Assembly: GCA_048939995.1 (NCBI GenBank)
Contig: JBHLOY010000001.1
Location: 302,349-366,348, forward strand
Source of the DNA: Promethearchaeota archaeon
GTDB taxonomy: Archaea > Asgardarchaeota > Lokiarchaeia > Sigyniarchaeales > SOKP01
Length of the DNA: 64,000 bases
Direction of reading: 5' to 3'
In this document: piece by piece, positions 57,874 through 64,000 of the stretch
How positions within the stretch are numbered: position 1 is the stretch's first letter
How the letters are laid out: each line of letters opens with the position of its first letter
Program-made: the position numbers and the translations under genes
Notes under the pieces: model-generated
Told to the model about the DNA's origin: nothing
Seen by the model: the letters and a program-made list of their open reading frames with translations, nothing else
Databases searched by the model: none

Positions 57874-60837
57874 TTATTCGTACACATAAATTAATCCAAC
57901 TAGTGATTCATAAATAATATCACCATTAACAATCAAAGTCCATTTATAATAGACAATAATATTGCCTTTTGATGTGTTTAAAAATCCAGTTAGAGTAATA
58001 CCTTCTCCAAAATAGAGAATCTTATCTATGATTGTAAAATTAATTCCACTATATTCACCTATAGTAAATGATGTGTTTGTGGTTGAATAGACTAGAGGTA
58101 ATATTAAACTGTAATTAACATTACTTGTTGTTGAAGTGTATACTGATAACCTTACAATGATGTTTAATCCTGGGGCTGAAAAATTTGTATCTAAATTTTG
58201 TAATTGGATAATAAATTTCGCGGGATCATCAGGGTATGTCATTAATGGTTCCATATTAAATTCATAAGAAAGTGATATGTTTGAAGGAATACTTGTTGAG
58301 ATATTTAGGTTATTGTAAGCGATCTCAACATTGCTCCCATATCCAACTTTTCGAGTAAAAGCTTCTACAAAACCAACTAACTTTAATTGTTGTAAATCTC
58401 CTGCCGTACTATAGGTTGGAATGTAATAATAAATTGAATCTCCAAGAGGATATAAAAGTATATTACCATTTCGAGCACCTGAAATTAAAGTTATTTCTTG
58501 GGTTGCTTCAGAGAGATATGTTTCATTAGCTGATTTCGGACCTATTAAAGTTTTATCAGAGTTTCTTGTCGTATAAAATATAGCTTCTCCAAAATGAACT
58601 CCGTGTCTAACAACATACATACCAGCAAGTACTATGGCTGAACGTCCTTTATACTCAACTAGATCTAATCCAACATATTCAATCCCTTGACCTAAATCCG
58701 TTTCAATATAAAATAGATCTCCATTTGCAGGTCTTTCATGAAAATCATCTTCTCTTCTCCATGTGGTAGGGTTTTGAACGTGATATATGTAATTTGCTTC
58801 TAACTGCAATTCGAATAAATCTTCTGGATATCTAATTTGTTCTTTTAACCAATCAGGAGCATCTTGCCAATTATATCTAGAAATAGAGGTATATATTCTC
58901 CAAAGAGAATATGTAGGATCATTGCTAGTGTTTAAACTAGGATTTCTGTAAAATTCTAATTCTCCTGTTTTAACATCTATCAAACACACACCCAAAAATC
59001 TTAATATAGGAAATTTGGCATAAGAGCCAATATTTATATGCGTATATATAGAGACAGCATAATACATTTTACTTGCATTAATATCAAATACTAGATATGG
59101 ATCACTATCAATCTTAAGATTTGGAAATAACGTATTTCCTACTCTTGTTTTAACATTCCGATTAATTAAATATTCGTGTACTGCTTGGGTTGCATAAGCT
59201 ATTAAGCCCAGATTTATGGTTTTCCAAAAGCCTTCTAGACCAGTGAGTGTTCCATCCGGATCTCCTGTATAGCGAAATTCATTATTTGGAATACCTTCGG
59301 CCCATTCAGTTCCTAATAGAATATCTGAATCATAAGCTCCTAAAGACCCCTCTTCATAATAGCCTTGAGTTTTTTCTAAAAATTTTTTACTTTCACTTTC
59401 ACCGAAAAATATTGGGTAGTTCTCTGGGATATTAAAGGTAGAATTCAAATTAACTAAATTACCAGAAAATGTATCCATTGCTAAGAAACCTTCAACGTGA
59501 TCGTATAATTCTGTATTTGTTTGAACGGGATCCCCCGTTATTTGAGAAAATCTAATAGTTTTTGGAGCGACCCAATATTCACTGGATTGGTTTGTAAGTG
59601 GATTTCTGATATAAATTATATCTGAATCTGCTAAACCCTCAAAAGTAGATCCTATTGAAGCTGCTAAATACTGCACAGCGAAATCTTGGTCAAATTGCCG
59701 AATGTTTGATCTAATTGTAGCATCATCAGTTATAGGTGATTCTGTGAAATTCTCAACTGGGCGTTCTTCAAATATACTTAATCCAGCACATTCTCTTGTC
59801 CAATCTATTTCTCTACGAATTTTTTTATTCCACTCTTGTTCGACCCATACTTCAGTATTATTTAAACTAATTGCTGGTCCGATACTTATCATTAAAGGCA
59901 CTATGATAAAAATTACTATTACTGCACCAACGACAATAATCTTTTTCCTTGTTTGTCTTTTAAGAATATAATTTTTAGAATTCTTACGATATGATAATCT
60001 CCCAAATACATAGATGAGGATACCTATAGCATTAAAGGTAACAAAAGCAAAAATAATTGACCAGATCTGAATAAGATTTATTCCATTTAATGCTTGTGTA
60101 GGTAAAAAAAAGAACCAGAGTCCAAAAAGCAAACCACATATTAATAACGTATTTGCTAAGACATAAAAATCGTTTCTTCTGAGATAAAGATTTTTTGCAA
60201 TATTAAGCACTATTCTAAAAATAATAATACCTAATGAAAGGGTAATAAGTGGAAGTATTAAAGTTCCATAGATAAATATAGTTATAAAGTCCATATTATT
60301 TTGATTAAAAATTACTTGAAAAGCATCAATTATGATGTTAGGGCTTAGTTGTATTTCTCCATTTTCAATAAGATAAGCAGTCCAAGCAAATGATTGTCCA
60401 TTTAGATTAAGCATGAAACCTAATAAGTAGAATAAGATAAATCCAAAACTCCACCAAAAAATAAGTGATTTAACATAAGAAGGTTTTCCAAAACCTAGTC
60501 GTGTACCAATTATAGAAAGTAATGTTCTATCTGGAGGTATACTCATGATAATACAGCCAGTTAAAGCTCCGATTAAAGAAGTTTTATTAAAAAAGAAATT
60601 TGAACCCCAAAAGTTTATAAAATGCACCTCTATGAAGTTGGTATTTGCCTTTGTTTCATATAGCTGAACTTGAAGGTTAATTGGTCCAATCCAGGCTGGC
60701 CAAAACCAAAAAATTGACAAAATTATGAGTATTACAAAAATAATTAAGAGGCCTAAAAATATTTTTTTTAGTTTAGGTTTTTTTTTAAATGGGATATATT
60801 TAAATCGAGAAACTTTATTTTCTTCGTTTTTATTCAT
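57874..60837 (-). CDS. UPF0182-family membrane protein
   Basis: N-terminal TM block; DSDPYLV, IRYPEDLF..Q and GNILLYP motifs. Confidence 0.82.
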   Translation of the reverse strand: MNKNEENKVSRFKYIPFKKKPKLKKIFLGLLIIFVILIILSIFWFWPAWIGPINLQVQLYETKANTNFIEVHFINFWGSNFFFNKTSLIGALTGCIIMSIPPDRTLLSIIGTRLGFGKPSYVKSLIFWWSFGFILFYLLGFMLNLNGQSFAWTAYLIENGEIQLSPNIIIDAFQVIFNQNNMDFITIFIYGTLILPLITLSLGIIIFRIVLNIAKNLYLRRNDFYVLANTLLICGLLFGLWFFFLPTQALNGINLIQIWSIIFAFVTFNAIGILIYVFGRLSYRKNSKNYILKRQTRKKIIVVGAVIVIFIIVPLMISIGPAISLNNTEVWVEQEWNKKIRREIDWTRECAGLSIFEERPVENFTESPITDDATIRSNIRQFDQDFAVQYLAASIGSTFEGLADSDIIYIRNPLTNQSSEYWVAPKTIRFSQITGDPVQTNTELYDHVEGFLAMDTFSGNLVNLNSTFNIPENYPIFFGESESKKFLEKTQGYYEEGSLGAYDSDILLGTEWAEGIPNNEFRYTGDPDGTLTGLEGFWKTINLGLIAYATQAVHEYLINRNVKTRVGNTLFPNLKIDSDPYLVFDINASKMYYAVSIYTHINIGSYAKFPILRFLGVCLIDVKTGELEFYRNPSLNTSNDPTYSLWRIYTSISRYNWQDAPDWLKEQIRYPEDLFELQLEANYIYHVQNPTTWRREDDFHERPANGDLFYIETDLGQGIEYVGLDLVEYKGRSAIVLAGMYVVRHGVHFGEAIFYTTRNSDKTLIGPKSANETYLSEATQEITLISGARNGNILLYPLGDSIYYYIPTYSTAGDLQQLKLVGFVEAFTRKVGYGSNVEIAYNNLNISTSIPSNISLSYEFNMEPLMTYPDDPAKFIIQLQNLDTNFSAPGLNIIVRLSVYTSTTSNVNYSLILPLVYSTTNTSFTIGEYSGINFTIIDKILYFGEGITLTGFLNTSKGNIIVYYKWTLIVNGDIIYESLVGLIYVYE

Positions 60838-60964
60838 ATCTATTAAATCACTGATAGGTTAATTCTTTACTTAAAAATAAAAATATCAAATTATTTTAGA
60901 TTATTAAATGCTTTAATAATTAAGATGATTACCATTATTAAGGATTTTTGTTATAAGATGTAAA

Positions 60965-61369
60965 GTGGTGTGTATGGGGAAAAAAAAGAAAATTCGGGAG
61001 GAATTTGAAGAGGTCTTTAAAAGTGGTAACGAAAAGGTTATTAAGAAAATGTTGGATAAATATCCGTGGTTACTCGATGAAGTGTCAACTGAAATGAATA
61101 AAGCAATGGGAGATCAGCATCAAGTTATTTCTGCTCTGGGAATTATGGAAGATGAACTTGGTACTCCAGTCCCTATCGATGAAATCGCCTTTTCTCTAAA
61201 AACTGATTTCAATATTCGAATGAATGAGGAGGAGATTTTGAAAATCCTTACTGAAGTTGAAGAATTAGGATTGGTAAAAAAGGATGTTAACGGGTGGATA
61301 CTAACGAATGAAGGGGGTAAAATTTGTGACGATTACCTTAATAAAAATTTCAATAGAGTAGGATCATAA
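60965..61369 (+). CDS. Hypothetical protein with C-terminal winged-helix-like domain
   Basis: EELGLV...W.LT..G wHTH wing pattern. Start is probably ATG at 60974. Confidence 0.75.
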   Translation: MVCMGKKKKIREEFEEVFKSGNEKVIKKMLDKYPWLLDEVSTEMNKAMGDQHQVISALGIMEDELGTPVPIDEIAFSLKTDFNIRMNEEEILKILTEVEELGLVKKDVNGWILTNEGGKICDDYLNKNFNRVGS

Positions 61370-61496
61370 TAAGAATTATAATGATAATGATAACTCTAAT
61401 TTCTAGAAAGTAATTTGAATTGAGTTTATATATATTAATTATTTTATGATATTTTGTAGAATTTTTTAATACCATTTTTCAAATTTGATGATAATC

Positions 61497-64000
61497 ATGG
61501 ATGATCAAAACAAAAATAAAGATTCAGAAGAGGAATTTGAGGAAAAGGATACAGAACTTAGAAAAAGTGATTTCGACACTTTTTTTGATGATTTAGATAA
61601 AGCAGAGGAAGAAGTTTCATCAGAAGCCTATGAATTAGTGGCTCATGCGCTATCTTTAATTAAAGACCATTACTATGATGATGCCATAGAAATATTACGC
61701 CAAGCCATAGGTTTATATAGTCAAATTAATAAGGTTGCTGAAATTGAAGCTCTAAATAAAAAGATTACAGATATTTATTTAGAGAAGGAGCAATATTTTC
61801 GAAAAATTGAGTCTGAGTCAATTCTTGAAATACCAGCTGTAGATGAAAGGAATGAAATTTATACTAAGGCTTACGGTTTAATAGATGCAGGTAATAAGCT
61901 TCTAGCCATGAAAAAATTTAATGAAGCGCTCGATAATTATGATGAGGCTATAAAATTCTTTCAAATATTAGAGGCAATGGGTGAAATTGAGGAAGTTAAT
62001 AAGTTGATTGAAGAATGTTATAATAGAAAAGCAGAATACCTTAAACAAGCTAAAGAGCTTCAAATTGAAGAAAAACCAGAACTCAGTGAAGAAGATTTAA
62101 AACTACAAAGAATTAGAATCTTTAAGGAAACAAAACAGCATGAGGAAGAAATATCAAATAAAGCTTTTGGAATATTAAATAAGGCATCTGAATTTGCGAA
62201 AATTCACCAATATGATCAATCAATAAACCTATACCTGAGGGCTCTGAAATTATTTGAAGAGATTAATTGGAAAGAGGAAGTTAAGAAGGTTAAAACTACG
62301 ATTGAGGAGTTAGAAATATCAAGAGAAAAATGGAATGCAGAAATGGCCCAATTAAGAGCTCAAGAAGAAAAGAAGAAATTAGAGCAAGAGAAAGCAGTGG
62401 AACTTATTGAGAAAGCTAAAATGGAAGAAAAAGTTAGAATTCAAATGCAAGCAGAAAGGCTAGCAGAAATTACTAAAAAGACGGCGGAAGAAAAATTATT
62501 CAGAAAAAAAATCGCAGAATTGACTAATAAGGCAGAAAATTTGGCACGTGAATACGAGACTGAGAAAAAGAAAGCAATTAAAAAAGGAACTTTACCAGAA
62601 AAGTGTGTTTACCTCGAAATCATAGAGATTTATGAAGATGTGAGGAATTTGGTAGCGGAAAAAGGATTGGACGATCAGGTAACTGCATATTCTGATCAAA
62701 TTATTCACTATAATGATTTATACGAAAGAGATAAAAAATTACGACAAATAGAAGCTCAGAAACTTAAAAAACAGAAAGAATATGAAGAATTGCAAAAAAC
62801 TCAAAGAGAAAAGATCTCAGACTTAGAGCGGGAACGAAAAGAAGCATTTGAACAGCTAAGGACTATAGAACATGAGGAAGAGTTATTTAAGAAGCAGATT
62901 ACTGAAATGATTAATAGGGCTGAAAAATTAGCACGTGAATACGAGACTGAGAAAAAGAAAGCAATTAAAAAGGGAATTTTGCCAGAAGAGTGTGTTTACC
63001 CTGAAATCATAGCTATTTATGAAGAAGTAAGGGGATTGGTGGCGGAAAAAGGATGGGAACATCAAGTGGATGTATATTCTAATCAAATCTCCCATTATCT
63101 TGACTTATTAGAAAAAGATGGTAAATTACGATTAGTAGAAGCTCAAAAAGCTGAAAAACAAAAAGAATATGAAGAGTTACAGAAAGCTCAAAGCAAAAAA
63201 ATTACTGATTTGGATCTAGAACGAGAGAGAATAGAGATATTAGAACAACAACGAAGAGTGGAACAAGAAGAAGAAAATTTTAAGTTAAAAATCGATCAAA
63301 TGCTCACTCAAGCCGAGAAGTTAGCAAGAGAATATGATTTAGGGATGAAGAAAGCAATTAAGAAAGGACAATTGTTGGAAAACTGCGCTTATCCCGAGGT
63401 TATAGCTATCTATGAGGAAGTAAGGAAATTAGTAGCAGAAAAGGGATGGAAAGATCAAGTGACTATATATTCTAATCAGATTGCTCATTACCTTGATTTA
63501 TTAGAAAAAGATAGTAATTTACGCGTAATAGAAGCTCAAAAGGTTGAGAAACAAAAAGAGTACGATGAATCGCAAAAAGCCCAAAGCAAGGAAGTTTCAG
63601 ATTCAGAACTTGAACGATTAAAAGCATTAGAGCAGCAGAGAATAATTGAGCAAGAAGAAGAAGCTTTCAGGGCAAAAATCGATCAAATGATCACTCAGGC
63701 GGAGAAGCTAGCTCGAGAATATGAGATTGAAATAAAGAAAGTAATTAAGAAAGGACAATTGTTAGAGAAGTGTGCTTATCCCGACGTAATAGCTATCTAT
63801 GAACAAGCAAGAAATTTAGTATTAAAGAAAGGATTTGAAAAAGAAGCAACTGTTTATTCAAATCAAATCAGAAAATATTCAGAGTTACTAGAAAAAGATA
63901 ATAAATTACGCGTAATAGAAGCCCAAAAGGTTGAGAAACAAAAAGAGTACGATGAATCGCAAAAAGCCCAAAGCAAGGAAGTTTCAGATTCAGAACTTGA
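61497..64000 (+). CDS. Large helical protein with TPR/MIT-like units and ~130-aa tandem repeats (3' end beyond window)
   Basis: Open frame from ATG at 61497 (or 61488) to the window end: MDDQNKNKDSEEEF...YYDDAIEILRQAIGLY. Absent from the ORF track because no stop falls in the window. Confidence 0.88.
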   Translation, partial: MDDQNKNKDSEEEFEEKDTELRKSDFDTFFDDLDKAEEEVSSEAYELVAHALSLIKDHYYDDAIEILRQAIGLYSQINKVAEIEALNKKITDIYLEKEQYFRKIESESILEIPAVDERNEIYTKAYGLIDAGNKLLAMKKFNEALDNYDEAIKFFQILEAMGEIEEVNKLIEECYNRKAEYLKQAKELQIEEKPELSEEDLKLQRIRIFKETKQHEEEISNKAFGILNKASEFAKIHQYDQSINLYLRALKLFEEINWKEEVKKVKTTIEELEISREKWNAEMAQLRAQEEKKKLEQEKAVELIEKAKMEEKVRIQMQAERLAEITKKTAEEKLFRKKIAELTNKAENLAREYETEKKKAIKKGTLPEKCVYLEIIEIYEDVRNLVAEKGLDDQVTAYSDQIIHYNDLYERDKKLRQIEAQKLKKQKEYEELQKTQREKISDLERERKEAFEQLRTIEHEEELFKKQITEMINRAEKLAREYETEKKKAIKKGILPEECVYPEIIAIYEEVRGLVAEKGWEHQVDVYSNQISHYLDLLEKDGKLRLVEAQKAEKQKEYEELQKAQSKKITDLDLERERIEILEQQRRVEQEEENFKLKIDQMLTQAEKLAREYDLGMKKAIKKGQLLENCAYPEVIAIYEEVRKLVAEKGWKDQVTIYSNQIAHYLDLLEKDSNLRVIEAQKVEKQKEYDESQKAQSKEVSDSELERLKALEQQRIIEQEEEAFRAKIDQMITQAEKLAREYEIEIKKVIKKGQLLEKCAYPDVIAIYEQARNLVLKKGFEKEATVYSNQIRKYSELLEKDNKLRVIEAQKVEKQKEYDESQKAQSKEVSDSEL
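62532..64000 (+). repeat. Intragenic tandem repeat, ~390-nt unit, at least 4 copies
   Basis: AExLAREY-encoding units start at 62532, 62919, 63312 and 63699 (periods 387, 393, 387 nt). Confidence 0.9.

Noticed and set aside
193-59971. Short overlapping or antisense ORFs in the track (e.g. 193-390, 1999-2184, 5450-5713, 7025-7273, 9242-9499, 33039-33251, 37296-37478, 47953-48138, 49780-50243, 59247-59971)
   Set aside because: They are shadows of well-supported genes in other frames and have no independent motifs.
62532-64000. CRISPR or non-coding repeat interpretation of the right-edge repeats
   Set aside because: Units are ~390 nt, in frame, and vary largely at synonymous positions; this is a coding repeat. 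No CRISPR array was seen anywhere in the window.

Overview
AT-rich archaeal chromosomal DNA, very probably Asgard (Lokiarchaeia/Promethearchaeota). This assignment is inferred from archaeal ACDS genes, tetraether synthase, PolB1/PolB2, a proteasome alpha subunit, three Ras-superfamily small GTPases, a TPR/longin-like protein and a BHB-intron tRNA. Most of the window is housekeeping and metabolism. I see no CRISPR array, integrase or transposase. The least explained signals are: (1) a ~385-nt highly structured, apparently standalone minus-strand RNA (48870-49254) directly downstream of a RadA-like/arCOG07300/PolB2 cassette; (2) a ~235-nt structured leader with mutually exclusive pairings ahead of a 61-aa ORF (35.6-35.8 kb); (3) two genes whose reading frames extend far upstream of any ATG/GTG/TTG and probably start at ATT; (4) unannotated Cys-rich microproteins, one BssC/HiPIP-like; (5) tRNA-Thr(UGU) with a non-canonical 30/31 intron; (6) a 2826-aa almost entirely transmembrane protein; (7) a partial tandem-repeat helical protein at the right edge. 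All family assignments come from motif recognition by eye; no searches were run.
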